The notes beneath the pieces are model-generated. The model made no database searches and was not told the origin of the DNA. It was given only the letters and a program-made list of their open reading frames with translations. From an uncultured Erysipelotrichaceae bacterium (GTDB lineage: Bacteria; Bacillota_I; Bacilli_A; RF39; UBA660), in the NCBI GenBank assembly GCA_902801795.1, contig CADCJQ010000003.1, forward strand, positions 20,129 through 84,128: DNA of 64,000 nucleotides, written 5' to 3'. Positions 13,943 through 23,224 of the stretch are shown piece after piece. Each line of letters starts with the position of its first letter. Position 1 is the stretch's first letter. Both the position numbers and the translations under genes were made by a program.

Positions 13943-15049
13943 TTAATTAAAAAATATTTTTTCATCTTTGGCAATACGTAGTAATATTCCTAAAATGAAC
14001 ATATATGAAAATAAACTGCTACCACCATAACTAATAAAAGGAAGGGTTATTCCTGTAATTGGTAATAGGCCTATTGTCATACTAATATTTTGAATTTGTT
14101 GATAAGTAATCATGGCAAAAATACCAATTAGTAAATATTTATCTATTCTTTTAATTTTATTATTACATAGAGATAATATACTGCTATCAAAAATAATAAA
14201 TATTATTAGTAAAAAAATGTTTCCAATAAATCCAAAAGTTGAACTAAAACTTGTAAAAATAAAATCAGTACTTGCTTCGGGATAATATAAGGGAATATTA
14301 TTAAAACCAAAGCCTAGTGTGCCTGCGGAACCAATAGTAATTAAAGAGTTCTCAAGTTGATAACCATTACCATTTGACCAATTTAAAATACGGTCTATTC
14401 GATAAAAAATATTTTTACCAAGTATGTTTAATAGTAATTCATTTTTAAAAAAATACATATATGAGATAATTGTACTTAAAATAATTAATGTTATTATAAT
14501 AAAATAATACCATTTTTTATTAATACCACGATATAAAATCATACTAATCATAATAATAAAATAAATAATAACAACGCCAGTATCAGGCTCTAAAAAAGTT
14601 AGAATTGTTGGTATTAAAAAGATAATGATAATTTTAGTTAACATCTTAAATTCCGTTTTTATATCTTTTTTATTATTATATATATTTAAGATATTGGCAA
14701 ATACTAATATAAGTGATATTTTCATAAATTCACTAGGTTGAAAACTAAAGGGTCCAAGAATAAGCCAACATCTACTACCATTTATACTAACACCTAAAAA
14801 TAGCAAAATAAATAGTAAAAAATTAAATCCCCAATACCATAAATATGCATATTTTATTATTTCTTTTTTATAGTAATAACTTATTAATAAAATTATAAAT
14901 CCTAATATATAATAAATAATTTGTTTAACAAAAATATTTCCTAAACTATCAAGAGAAATAGTTTTAGCACTATAGATTGATAATAAACTTACAATAAAAA
15001 ATATTGTTAAACATAAATTGAATTTTAAAATATAATTGTTTTTTTTCAT
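13943..15049 (-). CDS. SEDS-family peptidoglycan glycosyltransferase (RodA/FtsW/SpoVE)
   Basis: 368-aa polytopic membrane protein carrying the SEDS motif region ...PEASTDFIFTSF... and GITLPFISYGGSS. Confidence 0.8.
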   Translation of the reverse strand: MKKNNYILKFNLCLTIFFIVSLLSIYSAKTISLDSLGNIFVKQIIYYILGFIILLISYYYKKEIIKYAYLWYWGFNFLLFILLFLGVSINGSRCWLILGPFSFQPSEFMKISLILVFANILNIYNNKKDIKTEFKMLTKIIIIFLIPTILTFLEPDTGVVIIYFIIMISMILYRGINKKWYYFIIITLIILSTIISYMYFFKNELLLNILGKNIFYRIDRILNWSNGNGYQLENSLITIGSAGTLGFGFNNIPLYYPEASTDFIFTSFSSTFGFIGNIFLLIIFIIFDSSILSLCNNKIKRIDKYLLIGIFAMITYQQIQNISMTIGLLPITGITLPFISYGGSSLFSYMFILGILLRIAKDEKIFFN

Positions 15050-15118
15050 ATTATTATTATGAGAAAAATAATTATTATTATACTTTTTAAACTATAACAT
15101 AAAATGAAATAGGAGGAT

Positions 15119-15469
15119 ATGGTGAAAAATAATAAAGTATATGTAAATAAAATAGATAAGAAGATTAATAATAATCAAAGTTATTATGATATATCAGATA
15201 TTAATAATAATTCATATGAAATAAAAGAAAGTAATATTGGTGAAAAAATAAAAAATGGTGTAATAGAAAATGATAACACAAGTGTTCGAGAAAAAATATC
15301 TCAAATATTTAATCGAAATGGTTATATTTTTAATGTTAATGTTAAAATCATTACTAATAAAAAAGAATATAATACTAAAATTGCAGGTAAAGTAAATGAT
15401 CATATTATAACGCTGGATAATAATATTATAAACATTAATGATATAAAAGATATTGTTATACTAAATTAA
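15119..15469 (+). CDS. hypothetical Asn/Ile-rich protein
   Basis: 116-aa ORF with GGAGGA RBS. No domain recognised. Confidence 0.3.
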   Translation: MVKNNKVYVNKIDKKINNNQSYYDISDINNNSYEIKESNIGEKIKNGVIENDNTSVREKISQIFNRNGYIFNVNVKIITNKKEYNTKIAGKVNDHIITLDNNIININDIKDIVILN

Positions 15470-15537
15470 AATTATATATATAAGACAATAAATAGGCTTT
15501 TTTCCTTATCAATATTTTAGCCTAGAATAAAATAGTA

Positions 15538-16095
15538 TTGATAGGAGGAAAGATGAATTACGAATTTTATGATGATGATAATTTCATGAATAATATTATG
15601 CCATTTAATGGACAAAGTATTGATGAAGTAGATATGTTTGAAGCCCAAAATAATTTTAATCCTGTTAATAATTATAATCCCAATTATCATGGATTTGATG
15701 TTTTAGGAGGAAGTACTAATCCTAATTATCAAGAAGGAAAAAATAATTTAAATTTATTTAATCCATATGAAGGTTATTTAAAAGGGAATGCCTTTAAAGA
15801 TGAATATAAACCATATAAAAATTATAAAGTTGCTAAATTAAATATTAATAGTGAAAAAGATGAAATGCTAGTAAATATTGGAGAATATTCATTTATGATG
15901 CATGATATTAACTTATATTTAGATGTTCATCCTAATGATAAAGAAGCTTTAAATAGGTTTTCGGAGTATCGAAATAAAGTTAATGATTTAATTACAAAAT
16001 ATGAAAGGAAATATGGTCCACTTTGTGTAAAAGGAATAATGAGTAATAATACACCTTTTGCTTGGGAAAATGAAAAGTGGCCATGGGGTAATTAA
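15538..16095 (+). CDS. cotJB: CotJB-like spore coat protein with long N-terminal extension
   Basis: C-terminal part MMHDINLYLDVHPNDKEALNRFSEYRNKVNDLITKYERKYGPL matches the CotJB family. Sits immediately upstream of cotJC. Confidence 0.55.
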   Translation: MIGGKMNYEFYDDDNFMNNIMPFNGQSIDEVDMFEAQNNFNPVNNYNPNYHGFDVLGGSTNPNYQEGKNNLNLFNPYEGYLKGNAFKDEYKPYKNYKVAKLNINSEKDEMLVNIGEYSFMMHDINLYLDVHPNDKEALNRFSEYRNKVNDLITKYERKYGPLCVKGIMSNNTPFAWENEKWPWGN

Positions 16096-16096
16096 G

Positions 16097-16654
16097 ATGT
16101 GGGCATATGAAAAGAAATTACAATATCCGATAAATATAAAATCTAAAAATCTTCGAATGGCTAAATTATTAGTAACGCAATATGGAGGAAGTAATGGTGA
16201 ATTAGCAGCGGCTCTTAGGTATTTAAATCAACGTTATACCATGCCAGATGATAAAGGAAGAGCTTTATTAACCGATATTGGTACAGAAGAACTTGCTCAT
16301 GTTGAAATGATTCAAACGATGATAGCACAACTTATGAAAAATGCTACGATTGAAGAAATTAAAAGTGCTGGTCTTGATAGTCATTATGCAGAACATAAAA
16401 AAGGCTTATATCCAACAGATGCCAATGGAGTACCATTTACTGTAGCTTATTTTGCAACAACAGGAGATCCAATATCCGATTTAACAGAAAATATTGCTGC
16501 TGAACAAAAAGCACGAGCGGTTTATGAAAATTTAATTAATTTAACTGATGAACCAGATATTTTAGGTCCATTATTATGGTTAAGGCAAAGAGAAGTTGTT
16601 CATTTTAATAGATTTAGTGAATTATTAGAAGAATATCGTAAGAAAGGATATTAA
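16097..16654 (+). CDS. cotJC: CotJC, manganese catalase-family spore coat protein
   Basis: MWAYEKKLQYPINIKSKNLRMAKLLVTQYGGSNGELAAALRYLNQRYTMPD is near-identical in pattern to the B. subtilis CotJC N-terminus. Confidence 0.8.
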   Translation: MWAYEKKLQYPINIKSKNLRMAKLLVTQYGGSNGELAAALRYLNQRYTMPDDKGRALLTDIGTEELAHVEMIQTMIAQLMKNATIEEIKSAGLDSHYAEHKKGLYPTDANGVPFTVAYFATTGDPISDLTENIAAEQKARAVYENLINLTDEPDILGPLLWLRQREVVHFNRFSELLEEYRKKGY

Positions 16655-16720
16655 TAGTAGGGGAAACTCTACTTTTTTTCTTGTGTTTTTTTGATTTTTA
16701 TACTATGATTAAAATGAGGG

Positions 16721-17476
16721 ATGTATATGAAAAATAAGATTATTATGTTATTAATTGTTTTATTATGTATTGTTAAAGTTGATGCTACAAAAGGAATGAT
16801 TAGACAAGACAGCATAGTAGAATGTAATGGAAAATATTATGGGAGTCATGGGAATCCCTTACATTATCATGAAGTAAAAAAAGAAAATGATGTTTGGGTT
16901 AGTATTGGAAAAGAAGTTGTTCCACCATGTAAAATTGAAAAAGAAAATATTAAAGAAAAAGTTCTCTTTTCTAAATGTATGGATGGTGATACTGCTAAAT
17001 TTATTATTAATAACGAAGAACAAACCGTTCGCTTTTTAGCGGTTAATGCTCCTGAAATCGAACATAAAGATCAAGATATCAAAGAAGAACCATTTGGAAA
17101 AGAAGCTAGTGACTATACATGTAATTTATTAAAAAATGCTAAAGAAATTGTTTTAGAGTATGATACAAATAGTGATAAACAAGATAAATATGGTCGTATT
17201 TTAGCCTTTGTTTATGTTGATAATGAATTGATTGAAGAAAAGTTGATAAATAATGGTTATGCTAAAGTAGCTTATGTTTATGATAATTATGCTCATGTGG
17301 ATAAATTAAAAGAATTAGAAGAAAAAGCTAAAGATGAGAAAGTTGGTATTTGGGGTGAAATGGTATTACCCGATGTTCAAGAGGAAAAGGATGATGAAAG
17401 TAAATTTATTAAAGTTGTTAATACTGTAATTGAATTTCTTGGTAAAATAATTGAAAAAATATTTGCATTGTTTTAA
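16721..17476 (+). CDS. secreted thermonuclease (staphylococcal nuclease/SNase-like)
   Basis: Signal peptide. SNase core DGDTAKFII...VRFLAVNAPE...YGRILAFVYVDNELIEEKLINNGYAKV. Confidence 0.75.
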   Translation: MYMKNKIIMLLIVLLCIVKVDATKGMIRQDSIVECNGKYYGSHGNPLHYHEVKKENDVWVSIGKEVVPPCKIEKENIKEKVLFSKCMDGDTAKFIINNEEQTVRFLAVNAPEIEHKDQDIKEEPFGKEASDYTCNLLKNAKEIVLEYDTNSDKQDKYGRILAFVYVDNELIEEKLINNGYAKVAYVYDNYAHVDKLKELEEKAKDEKVGIWGEMVLPDVQEEKDDESKFIKVVNTVIEFLGKIIEKIFALF

Positions 17477-17497
17477 TATACGTTATATAATAAAGGT

Positions 17498-18025
17498 GTG
17501 AGGAAGGTTATGATGAGTAATAAAAGTTTTGTAAAACATGATGAAGATAAAAAAAAGAATACCTTGATAAATGGTTTAATTATTGTGTGTGCCATAATAT
17601 TAGTAGGAGCTCTAGGTATTGTTGTTTCTAATAATAAAAATGCTGGAGTTGGACGTATTAAGGAAGTATCATATAGTGAGTATCAAGAAAAAATAAAAGA
17701 AAAAGGTGTTACAATTGTTTTGCTTGCTAGTCCAACATGTGGTCATTGTAATAATTATAAACCTTTTGTTAATGCATTAGCAGAAGAAAATAATTTTGAT
17801 GTTTACTATGTTAATGTTAATTCAGAAAAATTAACTAATGAAGAATATGATGAATTACATGATAGTATTTCGGCATTAAAAGAACAATTTAATTCTTCAG
17901 GAGAAAAAGTTATTCCAACCCCAACGACTATTATCTTTAAAGATGGAAAAGAACTTGTATCTGAATTAGGTGATATTGGATATGATGGTTTAAAAAAATT
18001 ATTGAGAAATAATGGGGTGATTTAA
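17498..18025 (+). CDS. membrane-anchored thioredoxin-family protein (CGHC active site)
   Basis: N-terminal TM helix, then LLASPTCGHCNNYKP thioredoxin fold motif. Confidence 0.7.
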   Translation: MRKVMMSNKSFVKHDEDKKKNTLINGLIIVCAIILVGALGIVVSNNKNAGVGRIKEVSYSEYQEKIKEKGVTIVLLASPTCGHCNNYKPFVNALAEENNFDVYYVNVNSEKLTNEEYDELHDSISALKEQFNSSGEKVIPTPTTIIFKDGKELVSELGDIGYDGLKKLLRNNGVI

Positions 18026-18026
18026 T

Positions 18027-18464
18027 ATGAATATTTATAATAATGCTTTAAAGTTTAAAAAGAGATATCCTTGGACAATTGCATTTCGCTTAAAGAAACA
18101 CGCTAAAGTTGTACAAGACGTTATTGACAAAGATGAAAAAGTTTTATATACTTTTTGTGGTCAAAGAAATGATACTCATAGTATGCTTTTTGATAGTTGT
18201 GTTGTAGTAGCAACTAATAAAAGAATTATTGTTGGAGAAAAAAGAGCATTATTTGGATATTACTTGGTAACAATAAGCACGGAATTATTTAATGATTTAA
18301 AAATAAATACCGGATTAATATGGGGAAGAATTGAAATTGATACTGTAAAAGAAAATTTATTTATTTCCAATGTTGATAAGAAGGCCATGGATGAAATTGA
18401 AACTAACATCCATGAAATAATGTTAAAGAATAAAAAAAGATTAAGAGAAAAGAAAGAACTATAA
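18027..18464 (+). CDS. hypothetical protein, possibly bacterial PH (YokE-like) domain
   Basis: 145 aa. Pattern DEKVLYTF....VVVATNKRIIVGEKR resembles bPH domains. Confidence 0.3.
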   Translation: MNIYNNALKFKKRYPWTIAFRLKKHAKVVQDVIDKDEKVLYTFCGQRNDTHSMLFDSCVVVATNKRIIVGEKRALFGYYLVTISTELFNDLKINTGLIWGRIEIDTVKENLFISNVDKKAMDEIETNIHEIMLKNKKRLREKKEL

Positions 18465-18467
18465 TAT

Positions 18468-18491
18468 GTCGAGCTTATAACTCGACTTTTT
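18468..18491 (+). terminator. rho-independent terminator
   Basis: Hairpin gtcgagcttataactcgac followed by TTTTTAT. Confidence 0.6.
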
Positions 18492-18545
18492 ATATATTTA
18501 ATGTTCATTTAATAAAATGATGTTTTAATGTAAATGAGGTGTGAA

Positions 18546-19244
18546 ATGCGTATATTAATTATTGAAGATGAATATTCTCTTGCCGATGTTATTAGTGAGA
18601 GTTTAAAAAAAGAAAAGTATATGGTAGATATAAGATATGATGGAGAAGAAGGTTATTTTGATGCGGCAACGGGAATATATGATTTAATTATTTTAGATGT
18701 TATGTTACCTAGCATGAATGGTTTTGATATTTTAAAAAAATTAAGGGAAGAAGGAATAAATAGTAAAATTATTATGTTGACGGCCAAAGGAACTTTAAAT
18801 GATAAATTAGAAGGATTTAATAAAGGAGCTAATGATTATATTCCTAAACCATTTCATATTGAAGAATTGTTAGCAAGAGTTAATGCCCAATTAAAAAATG
18901 CCAGTAATATTAATAAAAAAGATATATTAGAGTATCATGATTTAGAACTTGATATGATGAAATCTTCTTTAACTTGTAAAACTAATAATGAAACAATTGA
19001 ATTAGTGTGTAAAGAATTTCAATTATTAGAATATTTTATGAATAATAAAGAACAGATTTTATCAAAGGAACAAATATATGATAAAGTTTGGGGTATGGAA
19101 AACGAAATAGAAAGTAATAATTTAGAGGCTTACTTATCATTTATAAGAAAAAAGATAAAAGCAATTGATTCAAAAGTTAATATTAAAGCAGTAAGAGGAC
19201 TTGGTTATAAAATGGAGTATGAAGATGAAAAAGTTAAAAAATAA
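18546..19244 (+). CDS. OmpR-family two-component response regulator
   Basis: REC domain (MRILIIEDE...LILDVMLP...TAKG), then a winged-helix C-terminus (LEAYLSFIRKKI...VRGLGYK). Confidence 0.85.
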   Translation: MRILIIEDEYSLADVISESLKKEKYMVDIRYDGEEGYFDAATGIYDLIILDVMLPSMNGFDILKKLREEGINSKIIMLTAKGTLNDKLEGFNKGANDYIPKPFHIEELLARVNAQLKNASNINKKDILEYHDLELDMMKSSLTCKTNNETIELVCKEFQLLEYFMNNKEQILSKEQIYDKVWGMENEIESNNLEAYLSFIRKKIKAIDSKVNIKAVRGLGYKMEYEDEKVKK

Positions 19245-20359
19245 AGTATTTTATACAATATTTAGTATATTAACAATTTCTTTATTAAGTTTTATTGTTG
19301 TCTTTAATGTTCAAAACTATTTAGAAGAAAAGAAAAATGTGGAACGTAGTCTTAATATGTCATTTGATTATGGATGCAACTATTTATACCATACTACTTG
19401 ATAGTAATGATAATATTATAGATGTTATTAATCATTCAAATAGTGATAATTCTGATATTCAAGAAATTGCTAATAATATCTTAAGTAATGATAAAAAGAA
19501 TAAATATATTGGCTCATTGTACTTTAATCATTATGCTTATTCATATAATAAAGGTAATTCTTTAATTATTGTTGATATAACAAATGTTAATGAGCATTTA
19601 TTAAATGGTTTAAGAACATCTTTAGTTATTTTTGTTATTATTGAGTTAGTGATATTCTTTATTTCTCAAAAAATTACTAATTGGATTATTAAACCAGTGA
19701 ATGAAGCATTTAATAAACAAAAAGAATTTATTGCAGACGCCTCTCATGAATTAAAAACTCCTTTGTCTGTTATTGTAGCAAGCAGTGAAGCGTTAGAAAA
19801 TAATCCCAGTGAGAAAAAGTGGTTAACCAATATAAAAAATGAAGCAGACCGAATGAATAATCTAATTACTGATTTATTAGAACTAGCATCTAGTGAAAAT
19901 GATAATAATCTTACTTATACAGAAGGTAATTTATCAAAAGCAGTTGAATTATCAGTGTTGACGTTTGAAGGAAGAGCGTTTGAAAAAAAGATACAGTTAG
20001 ATTATCATATAGAAAAAAATATTGTTATGAAAATGAATGAAAATAGTATAAGACAAGTAGTTGAAATATTACTTGATAATGCTATTAAGCATACTAAAGA
20101 ACAAGGAGTAGTTAAGGTTAGTTTAAAAAAGAATAATAATATTGAATTAATTGTTTCCAATGAAGGGGAACCTATTCCTAAAGGAGAAGAAGAAAAAATC
20201 TTTGAACGATTCTATAGAGTTGATAAATCGAGAAATCGCAAAGATAATCGTTATGGTTTAGGTCTTGCCATTGCCAAAAATATTGTTCTAAATTATCATG
20301 GAATAATTAAAGCAGAAAGTAGTAATGGTATTACTTCCTTTAAAGTGATTTTAAAATAA
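19225..20359 (+). CDS. sensor histidine kinase, reading frame interrupted near 19340-19400 (two overlapping ORFs)
   Basis: TM1 segment (FYTIFSILTISLLSFIVVF) is in one frame, ending at the TGA at 19399. The sensor, TM2, HisKA (ADASHELKTPLS) and HATPase_c (GLGLAIAKNIV) are in the overlapping frame starting 19337. Poly-A tracts lie in the overlap. Confidence 0.6.
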
Positions 20360-20747
20360 ATGTATTAGAAAATGATACATTTTTTTCATCTTTAATATTC
20401 ATTTAATAATTAGGGGTTATTATTAATATGTTGAAAGGAAAAGGTGATAAATGAAAATAATTTGTTATATTTAATATTCGTTTAATCTTAATAAAATATA
20501 ATTTAAATGTAATAAGGAAGGTGATAAATGATAAAATAAATGTATGATTATTAAGAAATAGTTTTTGATAAAATAGAAGGAAAGGAGTGTTTAAAAAAGA
20601 AACATAAATTTTTAAAATAGTTATGTATTAGTGAAAGGAATGGTGATAAAAAGACAAGCTTTTGTCGAATAAGTAAAATAATGTAAAGAAAGGAAATGAT
20701 TATATAGGAATATAAAAGAAATAAATAATAAAGAGGAGAGTGAATTT

Positions 20748-22592
20748 ATGAAGAGAAGTGTAAAAAATTGTATAATGATTACTATGGTAATTGCCTTAAT
20801 AATAGGTAGTTACCTAGTTATGAATAGTCTAAAAAATAATGCCAGTAATGATATTACCATTAACGAAAGAATAAAAGCCAATGGTGATAGAGAATTTAAG
20901 TTTGATAATAATACTAATATGAAAGGTAAAAATCGAAATAAAGAAACTAAGGATAATAGAATGATGCCACAAAATCATGGAGATGAACAACAAAATGATG
21001 GTAGTAATCTTCCGTTTGATGAAAATAATCGACCATCAAGAGATAATAAAGGAAGTATGCCACCAGAATTTAATGGTGGAAATACACCTCCAGATATTCC
21101 AAGTGGTAATATGGAAGTTTCTACAAGTAATAAAATAGAAACATATCATTATGTTATTTTTGGAATAAATAGTTTAGTTATTTCATGTATTATTGTTTAT
21201 TTAGTTATGTCTAAAATGAATAAAAAAACCTTTAAAGAGAGTTTCCAGGGCTCTCAAGAAGTTGTTATTGCTATTTTATCAGTATTAATATTGACAGTTG
21301 GGTTTACATATTTAGACATTTATCTAACCAACAATTATTTTATTAAAAATAATAATGTTACTAATAATAATGGTATGAAAGAACCTAATAATAATAGTAA
21401 TATTAGTTATTCTGCAAGCACAGAGATTACTAGTAACGAAGATATTACTAGTGGAAGTTATACATCTAATAATAGTGATGAAAATGCAATTAGTGTATCA
21501 GGTAATACTATGGTAAATTTAAGCAATGTTACTATATCTAAAAAAGGTGATAGTGATGGTGGAGATAGTACTAGTTTTTATGGTACGAACTCCGCTTTAA
21601 TTGCTAAAGATGGTGCTAATGTAACAATAGATAATGCAACAATTGAAACTAATGCGAATGGAGCTAATGGAGTATTCTCTTATGGAGGAAGTGCAACAAC
21701 CAATAATTCTAATAGTGATGGAACTATAGTTAATATAAAAAATTCAAAAATAACGACTACGGCTAATAATTCTGGTGGGATTATGACAACTGGTGGTGGG
21801 ATAATGAATGCAACTAATTTATCGATAGTTACTAATGGTATTTCCAGTGCCGCAATACGTAGTGATCGTGGTGGAGGAAAAGTAACTGTTGATGGGGGAA
21901 CTTACGAAACAAATGGTCAAGGCTCACCAAGTATTTATTCAACAGCAGATATAATGGTTTCGAATGCTAAGTTAATATCCAATGCTTCAGAAGGAATTGT
22001 TATTGAAGGAGCTAATAGTGTTACTTTAGATAATTGTGAATTAGTTGATGATAATACAAAACTTAATGGTCAGTCAACAACGTATAAAAATATTTTTCTA
22101 TATCAATCAATGAGTGGTGACGCTAAAAATGTAAATGCTACTTTTACATCAAAAAACTCTACAATAACCACTAATAAAGGAGATAGTATTTATGTAACAA
22201 ATACGGTTGCGACCATCAATTTAGAAAATAATACATTTATTAATAATGATACTTCAGGTAATTTTTTAAGAATTAAAACTGATTCATGGGGAAATAATGG
22301 TAGTAATGGTGGAAATGTTACTTTAAATATGAATAATCAAAAAGTTAATGGTAATATCGTTGTTGATAATATTTCAACTTTAAATATGAATTTAAAAAAT
22401 AATTCTTCTTTTGAAGGAATTATAAATGCAAATAATGAAGCTAAGGAAATAACTTTAGTATTAGATAAATCATCAAAGATTAAGTTAATGAGCGATAGTT
22501 ATATTACTAGTTTATCTAATGATGATAGTACTAATAGTAATATTGATTTTAATGGCTATAAATTATACGTTGGGGAAAAAACAATCAATTAA
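20748..22592 (+). CDS. membrane-anchored protein with right-handed parallel beta-helix (pectate-lyase-like) repeats
   Basis: 614 aa. N-terminal TM, Asn/Pro-rich linker, second TM, then iterated N-x-T/S-rich repeats (NATIETNANGANGVF..., VTIDNATIETN...) typical of beta-helix adhesin-like proteins. Confidence 0.45.
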   Translation: MKRSVKNCIMITMVIALIIGSYLVMNSLKNNASNDITINERIKANGDREFKFDNNTNMKGKNRNKETKDNRMMPQNHGDEQQNDGSNLPFDENNRPSRDNKGSMPPEFNGGNTPPDIPSGNMEVSTSNKIETYHYVIFGINSLVISCIIVYLVMSKMNKKTFKESFQGSQEVVIAILSVLILTVGFTYLDIYLTNNYFIKNNNVTNNNGMKEPNNNSNISYSASTEITSNEDITSGSYTSNNSDENAISVSGNTMVNLSNVTISKKGDSDGGDSTSFYGTNSALIAKDGANVTIDNATIETNANGANGVFSYGGSATTNNSNSDGTIVNIKNSKITTTANNSGGIMTTGGGIMNATNLSIVTNGISSAAIRSDRGGGKVTVDGGTYETNGQGSPSIYSTADIMVSNAKLISNASEGIVIEGANSVTLDNCELVDDNTKLNGQSTTYKNIFLYQSMSGDAKNVNATFTSKNSTITTNKGDSIYVTNTVATINLENNTFINNDTSGNFLRIKTDSWGNNGSNGGNVTLNMNNQKVNGNIVVDNISTLNMNLKNNSSFEGIINANNEAKEITLVLDKSSKIKLMSDSYITSLSNDDSTNSNIDFNGYKLYVGEKTIN

Positions 22593-22718
22593 ATCCAAGA
22601 ATTAACATCTTTTAATTATTACTTGTCACATTGTACAATTTTGTCGAGAAAAACTTTACGGATATACTTGACAAATTACTATAAATACTTTACAATTTAA
22701 TTGAAACTAAAGGAGGAC

Positions 22719-23165
22719 ATGATGGGTATAGGTAAATGGAAAGATAGTATTTTTGGTTCCAATGGCAGTGAAGAAAAAGAAAATGACGATGAAACATATA
22801 GTAGTAATAAAAGCAGTACAAGTGCCCTAAATGAAATATCTGATGATGGAAATAAAATGATATTGTTTGAACCACGTGCATATTCAGAAAGTCAACAAAT
22901 CGCGGATTATTTAAAAAGTAATAATGCCGTTATTGTTAATTTGAAAAGAGTAACTCCAGATCAAGCTAAAAGAATTGTGGATTTCTTATCTGGTACTTTA
23001 TATGCAATCGAAGGTGGACTTCAAAAATTAGGTGGTGGAATTTTCTTATGTACACCAATTAGTGTTCCAGTCGAAGGAAAAATAAGTGATGATAAAGATA
23101 CCAAGCCTTCAACTATGAAAAAACCAAAACAAGAAAAAGATGACGATGATGAATTAGATTGGTAA
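22719..23165 (+). CDS. sepF: cell division protein SepF
   Basis: AAGGAGGA RBS. MILFEPRAYSESQQIADYLKSNNAVIVNLKRV...AKRIVDFLSGTLYAIEGGLQKLGGGIFLCTP matches the DUF552/SepF core. Confidence 0.75.
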   Translation: MMGIGKWKDSIFGSNGSEEKENDDETYSSNKSSTSALNEISDDGNKMILFEPRAYSESQQIADYLKSNNAVIVNLKRVTPDQAKRIVDFLSGTLYAIEGGLQKLGGGIFLCTPISVPVEGKISDDKDTKPSTMKKPKQEKDDDDELDW

Positions 23166-23224
23166 AATATAGTTTATGACTATATTTTTTTCTTAATAAA
23201 ATAATTTAATGAAAGAGTGATATA

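Noticed and set aside
22690-22881. 63-aa minus-strand ORF opposite sepF
   Set aside because: His/Tyr/Phe-rich antisense frame of the A-rich sepF 5' region. No RBS.
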